Of a stretch of 64,000 nt of DNA, positions 11,967 through 24,755 are shown in pieces (positions within the stretch are counted from its first letter, which is position 1; each line of letters begins with the position of its first letter). The notes beneath the pieces are model-generated. The model saw only the letters and a list, made by a program, of their open reading frames with translations. It was not told the origin of the DNA and did not search any database. A program made the translations under genes and the position numbers. The stretch comes from Ginglymostoma cirratum (taxonomy: Eukaryota). The stretch is taken from positions 1,255,262-1,319,261 of the forward strand of contig JAHRHZ010000099.1 in assembly GCA_024137785.1 (NCBI GenBank), written 5' to 3'.

Positions 11967-14900
11967 TGTTTTGGATCATAGAGTGTATCCAAGCGGTTCT
12001 TTTCAGATTCAGATAAATGTAGTTAAGAGAAAGCTTGAAAATAGCAATTTGCTTAAGTACCAACATTTATTGAGTGATAATAAAAGATCAAAAAAGGAAG
12101 GAATATTTATTAAGTAAATGAAAGGAATGAAGAAGAGAGAAGAAAAACAATAAGCTACACACCCTTCTGGCCATTGGGGACACCTCGATCAACAGCTGTC
12201 CTGGAGGCTGAGCTCGTTTCTGACGCAGTTCACGATCCTGGTCTGAGGTGAAGCCCCGTGCCTTGGAATGAAATGCTCTCTCTCTCTACAATGCAGTGTA
12301 ACAAACAGCCAGCACAAAGACAAAACTGCTGGCTGGTACAGAAAACACAGGATGGGAAAACAAGCTGCAGGTGTCATCTTTGGCTCATAAACTAATGTTC
12401 ACAGGACTCATTCAAGGTCATGCAGCTTATCGAGTATCATCAGCAATTTTAGCCCTTCAGCCCTTCCCATACGATCTATATTCTCATGCAGCTGTCGAAT
12501 GTCATCTTTAACTTTTAGCCCTTCAGCCCATCCTATACATTCCACTGCTGATGATATTTGACAGCACATGTTACAATGGCAGATGCAGACACAAGTCAGC
12601 GACAAACACACAAGAACATATAGTATGAGTATGTAATCTACACTAGAAGATTAAAACTACAACGAAATAACTAGCTTTAATTCTAAGAATACAACAATAG
12701 AATGTATCATCAAAGTAATGATTGCAGTGGCCTTTGGGGACCAACTCTTAAATATATATCTCACCCCTGATGTACAGTCAAGGCTCTGATGGAACCAACA
12801 ATTTGTGTCACCTGACTGAAACGACCAGAATATTGCCTACATTTTTTTCAGTTAATCCATTTGTATAATTTGCTCTAAAATTCAGTATATTCCAGATTCA
12901 GTTTCCTTAATTTGTTTTTTTTAATCCTATAGTTCCCCAAGCCACAGATCACTTACTCAACAACTGTAAAATAACATCATACATGCACTCAAAATTTCTC
13001 CAGCTCTCTTCGTCTGTATCTGTCTGGAGAATGCTTCTTCAATACGTTTCTCTCCTTGCCAATTTTATAAATGGTTGTGTCATTGAGTGGTAACTACCTT
13101 CAAATGCATGTGTCCCCATTTGAGCTACAATATACACAATATATCAAACAATACAGCCCTAAAGTTCATCAGGCTTTACCTTCAACTTATGCTTCCCGCT
13201 TTTTATTTTTCCCGGGGGTCCCTTACCACAGACTCCTACACCACATGAGTCTTAGCTCAGCCTTTTTTCACATACACTAACTGCCCTAACACATTACAGT
13301 TTCACTGACTGGTTTAGTCATAAAAATGCTCAAGATGGGATATCTGCATGTCATCCAATGGGCCCTTTAACTCAGCCCACCATTACTCCTCCCAGAATCC
13401 GTATTCTTTCATTTCTGTAACATTTTGCCATAATAACCAATCACACTTTTTATTTTGATTGTAAGCCCTTTTACATCCCTTTCACTAATACTATTTTCAT
13501 TATTTTGAAATCAGTTACTCTATGGATTTTGTGTCAGTGTCTTATTGTTTAAACTATGTTTATGTGCTCTGCCAAGCCACACTAATCCATTTGTCAAGTA
13601 GGTCTACATGTCTGAGACCCGTTCTTCAGTGCATGCCTTTTACCATCTCATGTTTGTTACCTTTGAGGTAACAATCACTTTTGCACATTTACATGAGTGC
13701 CCCAAGACCATGTCATGCATTCTTGACTCCCACATGATCTTGTCAAATGATCTCTGGGGTTTTACATATCTTTCCACATATGGTCCCAATGCCACGGGTA
13801 CTGGCTTGATCGCCAAATCAGTTGTCTAAAAAGGAAAGACAAGGACACAAATATCACCAAGACAAAGCTATCAGTTTCATGCTCTCATCTAAACCTCTTT
13901 TTCACTGCTGTAACCTGAATTGCTGCTTCAACCCATTATCTATTTATTTTGCCTTCTGCCACCAGTCTCCACCCTTAATTACTTTGTCCCCAATTTTACA
14001 ACTTAACTATTATCACCATGTCTAATTCTAGAGATCTATAGAGATGTGTAGTCCATGGAACATAATCTTATGATATTTTAAAACAAAAGTTAAATGTTTC
14101 TGTTTGATTCAGGGACAACTTTCTTTGTTTTGTTCTTTCTCTAAGATGTCCCACTTTTTTAAAGGGTTAGTAAGAACTGCAGATGGCAGAGTCAGAGATA
14201 GCACAGCATGGAGCTGGAGGAACACAGTAGGCCAGGCAGGCCCTATTTCTGAAGAAGGGTCCAGATGTGAAACCTCAACTTTCCTGCTCTTCTGATGCTG
14301 CATGGCCTGCTGTGTTCCTCTAGCTCCACACTTTACCACTTTTTTTAGAGTTACTTGATGACTTATTCTAGACACTTAACATATCTCTGTAAATTTATCT
14401 TAATTGAATAATCTGTTTACTCTCTTGAAATTACCAACCATTTTAATGCATTGAAACCATTGAGACTGTGTGCATGCACTTTATCATTTCCCAAAATCCC
14501 TTTAAATTTTAGGTAACTATTCCATTTATATGTTTTAGAAAACCAGGCATGTGAATGTTAACATAGTTTTTGTCATGATGTGACTAAGTGTACCCAGGAT
14601 CAATGGTTTTGAGATTCCTGACACTCAGTACAATTAATATTTCCACAGTACTTCCACTTGTTGTGTTGAGGGTGTCTCATCCATCATTGTATTGTGATGT
14701 TGAAATTCTTCAAATGGGTTCAGCCTTCAGTGTCTCCAATTTCCAAAAAAAAACAAGCTCCATTCATTCCACGTCAAGGAGAATGGGTTAATTAGTATTA
14801 ATCTGCTATGGATTCAAAAAGGGGGTGGGGAATAAGCTACTGCACATAATTATGTCATCTGTCTCTCATCCTCCTTGAAGGAAGGAAAAGCCCATCCCTC

Positions 14901-16288
14901 TGTCAAATTTGCTTTTCCTAAACTCCTCACCCACAGACAGTTGCATTTTCAACGTTCCAACGTCCCTATCACCTGGATACTAACAATAAGTCAACCTTAT
15001 CAATGGGAATTAAATATTCACTCATGTTAAAACAGTATTTGGAAGTTTAATTTGGCCTGAAAATGAAATTCCAAACATAATAATTTCTGAAATTAAAATT
15101 TACCCAAGTCCAAAGACAACACAGAGCCAATTCCAAATGGTAATTTTTTATCAAGCTTTACAAACCAAATTCTTGACTCAACATTTCGCAGATTTTTGCT
15201 TTACACAACCACTGATGGTTTCTTAAAAGGGTATTACATTAAATACATGTCCAACATTGAAACAGGCACACAACACACTTTCAAATCCCCAGACATTCCC
15301 AAAATGCAAACTGAAATTTCAAAGTATTCCCAGATCTCAAGCTCCAGGGAACAAAAAGACACAAATTGTACAAGATGACATTTAGCAACCAACAAACAAG
15401 GTACAATCAAGCCAGACCACAAAGAGTTAACACTTCTACAAGATTCAGTGCACATGTACAGTGCAGGAACGTGGCCTCAGGTTATCTCTTTTTCAAGTTA
15501 TAACTGTCCCCCATCCTTTACTGAGTTCTAACTGTGCTAATATCCTTTCACGAGTCCTAATTCTGCTATCGCGTTGGCTACAGATCTGAATCCAGAGTCT
15601 GCCACATTCCACCCTGGAATATGGAAGATCGTCAGAGCATTAGGTTGCTTTTCTCTTCTTTTATACATTTTCTTGAATGGCATCCTCATCACCAAAAGTG
15701 TCTTGGATCACAGAATGTATCCAAACAGTTCTTTTCAGATTTGGTTAAATGTAGTTAAGAGAAGGCGCAACAACAGCAATTTACTTAAATACCAACATTT
15801 ATTGAGTAATAATAAATGATGAAAAAAGAATACAACATTTATTAAGTAAATAAAAAGAATAAAAAAGAGTGGAAAAACACAGTCAGCCTCATGCCCTTCT
15901 GGCTATCGGGGACCCCTTGATCAATGGCTGCCTGGAGGCTGAGCTTGCCCCGGCACTATTCACGATCCCAGTCTGAGGTGAAGTCTTGTGCCTTGGAATG
16001 AAACTCTCTCTCTCTCTCTCTTATCCAGTGTGACAAACAGCCAGCACAAAGAAAGCAGATACAGAAGACAAAACTGCTGGCTAGTACAGAAAACACAGGG
16101 TGGGAAAACAAGCTGCAAGTGTCATCTTTGGCTTGTAAATGAATCTTCACAGGACTCATTCAAGGTCATGCAGCTTGTTGAGTATCATCAACAATTTTAG
16201 CCCTTCAGACAATCCTGTACAATCGATTATTCTCATGCAGCTGTCGAATATCATCATTAACTTTTAGCCTTTCAGCCCATCCTATACA
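11967..16288 (-). mobile_element. LTR retroelement / ERV-like, internally deleted, with an env-like remnant
   Basis: Two direct repeats (11967-12539, 15699-16288) with TG...CA ends and AATAAA on the minus strand. PBS at 15675-15694; purine-rich tract before the 3' LTR; flanks GTGGG/GGGGG (4/5 TSD). Confidence 0.82.
15675..15694 (-). other. Primer binding site complementary to the tRNA-Ser 3' end
   Basis: Minus strand TGGTGATGAGGATGCCATTC, 4 nt after the LTR-terminal CA, versus the expected TGGCGACGAGGATGGGATTC (two CpG-type transitions plus two other mismatches). Confidence 0.72.
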
Positions 16289-16399
16289 GGGGGACATCAC
16301 ATGTTTGCAGGAAGTAGGGTATGGGGTAGAGTATTGGAATAGTTTGTCTATCTTGCTTCAAATTTTCATTCCACTCTCAATTTCACTTGATTCATCTCT

Positions 16400-17390
16400 G
16401 ACTTCTTCCTTCCTTTCCATGATATCTCTATTTGTATTTCTGGCTGGCCACCAATATCCACTACAAACCCAGCGACTCCCACAGTTGCCTTAATCATACA
16501 TTCTCACACCCTGCTTCCTGTAAAGACTCTATTCCATTCTCCCAGTTTCTCTGTCTTTTCCAGTGATGCCAACTTTGACAAGGAGGCCTCTGAAATATTG
16601 ACCATTCCCTTCAGGACACCTTGGTCCTCTCCTCCTCCATTCCCAACATGTCCCCACAGTCTTATGGCACTTTCCTTTGCAATCACAGGCATAACACCTG
16701 CCTATTTACATCCTCCCTCCTCAAAATCCAAGGTCCCAGACACATGTTCCAGGTGAAGCAACAATTTACCTGCACTTCACTCAAACAAGTCTACTGTATT
16801 CACTGCTCACAATGTGGTCTCCTCTACACTGGGGAGAAGAAGCGCAGACTGGGTGACTGCTTTACAGAACATCTACATTCTGTCTGCAAAAAGGTCCCTG
16901 AGCTCTGGTTCCCTGACCAAAATCTCTGTCTCAGACTTGCTACAGTACTCCAGTGAAACTCAGCAAAATTTGGAAGAATAGCACCTTGTTTTCCACTTGG
17001 TCTCTCTGTAACCTTCTGGACTCAATATTGAGTGCAACAATTTTACGGCTTCAGCACCTTCTCCCATATCCCTACTCCAACCACTACACGCTAGGCCTTG
17101 TGATCAAATGGGTTGCTACCACAAACAATCCATTACCAGTAATTAATGGTCCCCGTTAGCAGCTATTCATTCTCTCAGGTGGACCTTTACCAATTCCTTT
17201 GATTACCCAAAGGTTTTTCACTCTCCCGCAGCTCCAACTATCGTTTACTCCACCCCCTTTCTGCCACACCATGGTTAACATAAATACCAGCCTTTTCCCA
17301 GCTACAATCAGTTCTGAAGAATGGTTCCTGGACCCAAAACATTAACTCTGCTTTCTCTCCACAGATGATGCCTGACCTGCTCAGATAATT
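16400..17390 (+). mobile_element. Older, degenerate Penelope-like element
   Basis: VYCIHCSQCGLLYTGEKKRRLGDCFTEH (ORF 16621-16956) with frameshifts; diverged pLTR at about 17310-17385. Confidence 0.75.
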
Positions 17391-17742
17391 ACAAATAATC
17401 AAAATAAGATGGTGCTAGGATAGACCAAATGGTGACACATACCTTCTCATGTTATTCCAGCCATTTGGTTTGTTTCTAGCACCATCTTATTTTTGATTAT
17501 TTGTAATTATCTCTCTACCTTAATTAGTTGTTACATAGGTCATCCCTTTACATGTTATCCAGCTGTTGACACTTTAATCACACTGTTTGACATTTTTGAT
17601 CACTTCCAAAGACTTATTATTCAACCTGTTGACTCTCCAATCACACTATTTGTACTTATCTCTTGACACTCTTAATTATCTGGAATTACCTTGTCATTAT
17701 CTCTCCGCCTATATATTATGTGCCTGTGTGCTTCCCTCCACT

Positions 17743-17779
17743 TCACCTGATGAAGGAGCAGCGCTCTGAAAGCTTGTGA
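17743..17779 (+). ncRNA. Minimal hammerhead ribozyme motif of a second repeat family
   Basis: TCAC-CTGATGA-AGGAGCAGCGCTCT-GAAAGCTT-GTGA: stem I TCAC/GTGA, stem II GGAGC/GCTCT, palindromic AAGCTT. Related copies at about 61681-61715 (+) and about 44590-44625 (-). Confidence 0.7.
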
Positions 17780-17829
17780 TTTGAAATAAACCTGTTGGAC
17801 TATAACCTGGTGTCATGTGATTTCTGACC

Positions 17830-18150
17830 AGCCCTGTTCATGTACCTTTTAAATGTTGTAACTAGACCTGCATTTATTTCCACTGGAAGTTCATTCCATA
17901 TGTGCACTACCCTGTGGGTGGAAAGATGCCCTCAGGTCCCTTTTAAAACTTGCCCTTCTCACCTCAAAACTATGCACCCTAATTTTGAATTTCCCTCTGC
18001 TAGGGAAAAGACCTTTGCTATTCACCTTATCTATGCACCTCTTGATTTTATAAACCTCTACAAGGTCATCCCTCAACCTCCTGAACCTCAGGGGAAAATG
18101 TCCCAGCATATCCAGTCTCTCCCTATACCTCAAACTCTCTAGTGCAGATG
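17830..18150 (-). mobile_element. CR1 LINE fragment
   Basis: YRERLDMLG..RRLRDDLVEVYKI motif (ORF 17891-18202). Confidence 0.7.
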
Positions 18151-18689
18151 TTATTCTGTAATATTTGTGTGCATTGGAATTTTGACTGCTGTACAGAAAC
18201 AAAGTTTATACTCAAGTTCCTTTAATGTTAATAATTACAATAGCTAGCATTGTGAAAAATATACCTTTTCACTACTGTTCCCCTTGTAAGGCTGCAGATT
18301 CATCTATTACATATTTAGCCTATCCATGTTTCTTTAGAAGAAATTAAGCATATTATTGCATGTAAAAAATTCCATTATATCAGGCTTCAACGTTAAATTT
18401 TACTTAAACAATGGGAGTCTTCAGACCCTGCAGAAGAGATACGGATTTGGTTATTAAACAACCACATAACAGGCATGATCAATCTTTGGAACACTTCTAT
18501 CATGATTGCTAATTGCAAAATAAATTCATTAATGTTAATGGTGAAACCTTGTTGTACTTGAAATATTTCCACATTGTTTGAAGCACTCCAGATTAGGTAA
18601 TACTTTGAGAAGTTATGTTCTGTAGAACTTACAATGTATTCAGCAAAATGACATTATTGTTTTCTAATATGAAATACCTTTTGGTAATT

Positions 18690-19300
18690 CGGTATGGTAG
18701 CATTTATTGGTCAGTATGTTGAGTATAGGAGTTGGGAGGTCATGTTGTGGTTGTACAGGACATTGGTTAGGCCACTTCTGGAATATTGCATGCAATTCTG
18801 GTCTCCCTGATATAGGAAGGATGTTGTGAAACTTTAAAGGGTTCAGAAAAGATTTACAAGGATGTTACCAGGCTTGAGCTATATGAAGTGTCCGAATAGG
18901 CTGGGGCTATTGTCCCTGGACCGTCAGAGGCAGAAGGTTGACCTTATAGAAGTTGATGAAATCATGAGGGGCATGGAAGAGTGAATAATCAAAGTCTGTT
19001 CCCCCGGGGTAGGAGAATCCAAAACTAGAGAGCATAGGTTTAAGGTGACAGGAGAAAGATTTAAAAAGGAGCCAAGGGGCAATTTTTTTCACACAGTTGG
19101 TGGTGCATGTATGGAATGAGCTACAAGAGGAAGTGGTGGAGGCTGGTACAATAATGACATTTATAAGGCATCTGGATCCGTATATGAATAGGGAGGGTTT
19201 AAATGCCACCAAATGGCACTAGATTAATTTACGATATCTGGTCAGCATGGATGATTTGGACTGAAAGGTCTGTTTCCATGCTGTACGGCTCTATGACTGT
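18690..19300 (+). mobile_element. CR1 LINE 3' fragment
   Basis: Homologous to 7990-8520, including the tail. Confidence 0.75.
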
Positions 19301-20784
19301 ATGTGAAAAACACAATACATTCAATCTAAAGCTTCAAGGGAACATAGGCAAATGCTCAAAAAGCAATAGAAACTATAATCCATTATCAGTTACCAAGTCT
19401 TCAATCATCTGCTCATATATTTCATGGAACTTGGTATCAAATTTGATAGATAACATTCCTTTTAATATGTTAAAATCATTATAAATGCAAGTTGTTGCTT
19501 AAAAGTAGTGAATCTAGCTGTACACAAAACAAATGCTGGAAGTATCTTCATATTTCTGTATTCTTACTTCACACAGAAAGGACATCAAATAACTAATGGC
19601 AGAAGCATTCATTAAAGCTAGAGTACACTTTCCATTTCAGTATCAAAACAAAATATATTTTGGTAAATTGTTTACCAATTGATGAATGATGCATTTCAAA
19701 TAAAAGGTTGGCTCGCTCACCGATGGAATAAAGATACATGGGCAAATAACACTAGAAATATTTGTCCACTCTCCCAATAAGTAGTTATTTTTAAAACTGG
19801 TTCAAACAAAAATACCTTCAGAAGTCAAATGCATCAATATGTAGTGATGACGAACAGTGATCACCTCTTTAAATTAACCATAAATCAGTTGGTTTAAGCT
19901 TGTGTACTGGCATTTTAACTCAAGAGAGTCAGCTCAACATGGTTGAGGGGCGATTGCACCATTTGATTTACCTGGTAATTTGCCCTAAAAATTTTTACGC
20001 TCAAAATATATGGATAAGCTATAACACCTCTGGGATTGGTGGGATTTGAACCTCTATCCTCCTGACTCTGAGCTGGTATCACTTTTAAAATTGTTCTAAT
20101 CATACTATATAATACTATACTAATCATACTATAATCATACATTCCTGCTCCTATGATGCTGCTTGGCCTGCTGTGTTCATCCAGCCCCATGCTTGTTATC
20201 TCGGATTCTCCAGCATCTGCAGTACCTTTTATCTCTAATCATACTATGTTCTTCCAAATGCATTGTTAAGACTTCATTGAGAATAGATGCTTAGTAATAG
20301 AAAGCCACATCTCATTGCCAGTAGCCATAACTGAGCTAAATGAGTGAGTACAAGCATGTGCATGCCTTGCAAGCATTTCTGTGGTGCAGGATGCCATACT
20401 CAGTTTCACAATGCCCTATAATCTCTTCATGTGAATTCAGTCATTTTGATTAACTGAAAGTTTATTTTGCACGAGATGATAATGTGTGGAAACTGAAAAG
20501 GTGTATTGAGCAAACGGATGCTTGTTATCTTAACAGTTGTTCTGATTCCTTCTTTTCATGGTGATCCACTATCTTATCAGTGAGTAATACAACATGGCAA
20601 ATCACAGGCCAACCATTAGATGCCCTGGGCTTAAAACTGGTATCTTAAACCTAAATAATGGCAATTACATTGAAATGAGGACAGAACTGGCAAAAGTGAA
20701 CTTGGAAAATAGAGTAGAAAAACAATGGCAGACATTTAAGGAAGTATTTCACAATTGTCAAATAAGATATATTATATAAGATAT

Positions 20785-21670
20785 ATCCTCCCTCCGCGAC
20801 TCCCTTGTCCGCTCCACACTCCCCTCCAGCCCCACCACACCGGCAACTTTTCCCTGCAACCGCAGGAAGTGCTACACCTGCCCCCACACCTCCTCCCTCA
20901 CCCCAATCCCAGGCCCCAAGACGACTTTCCACATTAGGCAGATGTTCACCTGCACATCTGCCAATGTGGTATACTGCATCCGCTGTACCCGTTGTGGCTT
21001 CCTCTACATCGGGGAAACCAAGCGGAGGCTTGGGGACCGCTTTGCAGAACAGCTGCGCTCAGTTCGCAACAAACAACTGCACCTCCCAGTCGCGAACCAT
21101 TTCAACTCTCCCTCCCATTCCTCAGATGACATGTCCATCCTGGGCCTCCTGCAATGCCACAGTGATGCCACCCGAAGGCTGCAGGAACAGCAAATCATAT
21201 TCAGCCTGAGAACCCTGCAGCCCAATGGCATCAACGTGGATTTCACAAGCTTCAAAATCTCCCCTCCCCCAACCGCATCCCAAAACCAGCCCAGCTCATC
21301 TCCACCTCCCTAACCTGTTTTTCCTCTCACCTATCCCCTCCTCCCACCTCAAGCCACACCCCCATCTCCGATCTACTAACATCATCCCGCCCCCTTGTCC
21401 TGTCCGTCCTCCCTGGACTGACCTATCTCCTCCCTACCTCCCCACCTGCACTCACCTTTACTGGCTCCATCCCCGCCTCTTCGACTTGTCTGCCTCCTCT
21501 CCATCTATCCTCTCCTCTATCCATCCTCTATCCGCCTCCCCCTCTCTCCCTATTTATTTCAGAACCCTCTTCCCCTCCCCCATTTCTGATGAAGGGTCTC
21601 GGCCCGAAACGTCAAGTTTTCCTGCTCCTATGATGCTGCTTGACCTGCTGTGTTCATCCAGCCCCATGCT
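20785..21670 (+). mobile_element. Second 5'-truncated Penelope-like element, same family as 5338-6778
   Basis: ORF 20942-21313 VVYCIRC..LYIGETKRRLGDRFAE; near-identical 3' pLTR. Confidence 0.88.
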
Positions 21671-24355
21671 TTTAAGCACATCAGTTCGGTAGTTGGTCAC
21701 CAGTAACCGAGTGGCAAGTAACTGTTCCCACCCCGATTCCCAAGAGGCATCTCTCACGTGACTTCACACAGAGCGCTGTACAATAACATCGACAGCTCCT
21801 TGAAATTGAAACGAAATACCAAGAAGACTGGGATGACAAGCATGGGGCTGGATGAACACAGCAGGTCAAGCAGCATCATAGGAGCAGGAAAACTTGACGT
21901 TTCGGGCCTCAACCCTTCATCAGAAACTCCGATTGGTTGGGATTTTGGCGGGTTGACATGGAATCGGTGGCCTTTGAATTCCATTTTGAATCAAGCGAAG
22001 CATTCATCCAATTCCGGGGCGCCAGCGTGAGTTCGGATCATTTCACTTCTAATCGGGCCAGCGATTTGCTCTGAAGGTTGACTGCGAATATTCCCGCAGG
22101 TTTGTTTTTCTATTGATTAACTGGAAAACAATGAGCAGAGCTTTAACCGACAGCGCGCTCTTCACTTGATTGTATTCACGCAGCTGGGGTGCGAATTCCC
22201 AATGCAGAGATACTGAAACCACAGTCCCACATCCCAGACCGGATTCTGAGGGCTTTCGTACATTTTAGAATATAATCCCACTCCTGTTGCACATAAACTG
22301 TTATCATTTGTCAATTGTCCACAATTCTATATTAACGTGCAAACAATCAATGAAGTAGTACGAGTTTAGTATTTTAAAATGCAACAAATCAGCACCACTT
22401 TCTCGCAAATGCATGGTAGCGATTTAATCTTCATTCTCTTCAAGGCGATTTTGATGACAAATTAAGTCACTTGTTTCACTTTGAACAAACACTTTGAAGG
22501 GTGAGGCACTTCACCTTTTCAGTGTCTAGCCGCTCGACGCCCTTCAGAATATTCTATGTTACAACGAGATTGATTTTCATTCTATAGAACTCTAGGGAAT
22601 ATGGTCGCAATATACTCAGGCTCACATTACAGGACAACTCTGTGCCCCCGGAAGTTATCAAATGACTCTTCCCTGCACCAACTGCAATGCAGTCCTTAAA
22701 TATGAAGCCTAAACTGCGCACCATAATTCAAATGTGCAGGAATCATCATCCTGCATCCCTTCCCCAATCCCACAGGCCACCCTCAGAATTGGACGGAGAT
22801 TGATTTATTCTTACTCTCTAATCACCTTACTTAGCAGATTGTTTCCTGTGCCTGTTTACTAACTTTATGTATTCCTATATTACACCAAAGCCTCTCTGGA
22901 CATCAATATTTCGATTTTTCACAATGGTTATAAATATTCTGCTTTGCTATTAATGTTAACAATTGGATACTTCACATTTGTCCATATTGTACTTTTGGGT
23001 TTCAGTTACTTGGTTGTAGCCTGTTTGTGTCTTCCTTCTCTATACGGTCTGCATTCCCATTTCAGTATTACCGTCAGCAGGCTTGGGGACACATTACTCT
23101 CTTTCGCTGGATTAGGTCATCAATATAGTATAGAAATCGCTGAAGCCCAAGTGCTGACCTGGCGCTAAACAATTTAGATGGAATCTATGCATATTTACAA
23201 AGGGTCACCCGGGGAGGACATGTAAAATGAACGAGAAGATTTAACACCTGCTGGGTTTTTGTTTGAACCAATAGATAGAAGTGGAAGAGCTTTAATATCA
23301 GGCCCATATATTCATCAAGCGGATTGTTGCAAGGATCCGTAGGGTACTGAAAAACCGTTTTAGGTGATTGGGCACTTTTGAGGGTGTCCTGAAACACTCC
23401 ACAAGAGAATGTAGGTAAGATCGTTGTAGTGCGCTGCACAAACTTTGCAAAGGTTAAATTTCCAGATCTTGACAAGCAAGGAAGAACCAACAGAGGTAGA
23501 AGGTCGTCCTATTGTGAGCACTGGGCCGAAGGTTAAGCGACGGTACTATGGAAATCAGAGCTCAACTTGTGAGGTAGCAGGATGGCACGGTTCCGACGAG
23601 GGTCTTGTGGGACAGCGTGTTTGTTGTTTATGCTGGCATTTTTTTAGAAGCTCGAAAGTGAATTCAGGATTCCCACGATTTTCCTATGTCTTAGAACGAA
23701 CCCCCATTCGGGGGTGGGAAACGTTCCCGAATTAGCTCACTCAACAGGGCGAGTTGATGATATTGGGGATTACCAACCAGTGCTCAATCTAATGTTAGAA
23801 TGTTTACTTGGACTTTAGTAAAGCCTTTGGTTCTGCATGGTAGAATAATTAATACAGTTAGATCACGAGATTCAGGATGAGCTTGTCAATTGGATACAAA
23901 GTTAGCTTTACGTAGGAGATAGAATGGTGGCGGAAGGTAGCTTTCGGACTCGAGGCCTCTTATCAGCGATGTTCCACAGGGATCAGTGCTGCGTCAATTT
24001 TGGTTTGTCACATATAAATGATTTACATAAAAAAACAGAATATATGGCTAGGAAATTTGTGGATGACACTAAAATTAGTTGTATAGTGGACAGTGAAGCG
24101 GTGGACATGTTATCCAAGATTACAAAGAAATCTTGATCATTTGGGTCAATGGGCTGAGGAGTGGTAGATGACTTTAATTTGGAGAAATGTGAGAAATGCT
24201 TTTTGGTAAACAAACAAAGGCAGGACATGAAGCGATGTTAATCTACTCCGCTTGGAATTTATACTGTCCGGTTCGTCATGAAGAGCAATGCCATTTCCGG
24301 CTTTGATCTGTTCATCCAGCCCCATGCTTGTTATCTCGGATTCTCCAGCATCTGC

Positions 24356-24755
24356 NNNNNNNNNNNNNNNNNNNNNNNNNNNNNNNNNNNNNNNNNNNNN
24401 NNNNNNNNNNNNNNNNNNNNNNNNNNNNNNNNNNNNNNNNNNNNNNNNNNNNNNNNNNNNNNNNNNNNNNNNNNNNNNNNNNNNNNNNNNNNNNNNNNNN
24501 NNNNNNNNNNNNNNNNNNNNNNNNNNNNNNNNNNNNNNNNNNNNNNNNNNNNNNNNNNNNNNNNNNNNNNNNNNNNNNNNNNNNNNNNNNNNNNNNNNNN
24601 NNNNNNNNNNNNNNNNNNNNNNNNNNNNNNNNNNNNNNNNNNNNNNNNNNNNNNNNNNNNNNNNNNNNNNNNNNNNNNNNNNNNNNNNNNNNNNNNNNNN
24701 NNNNNNNNNNNNNNNNNNNNNNNNNNNNNNNNNNNNNNNNNNNNNNNNNNNNNNN
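24356..24755. other. Assembly gap (400 N)
   Basis: Run of N flanked on both sides by overlapping pieces of the same pLTR repeat. Confidence 1.
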
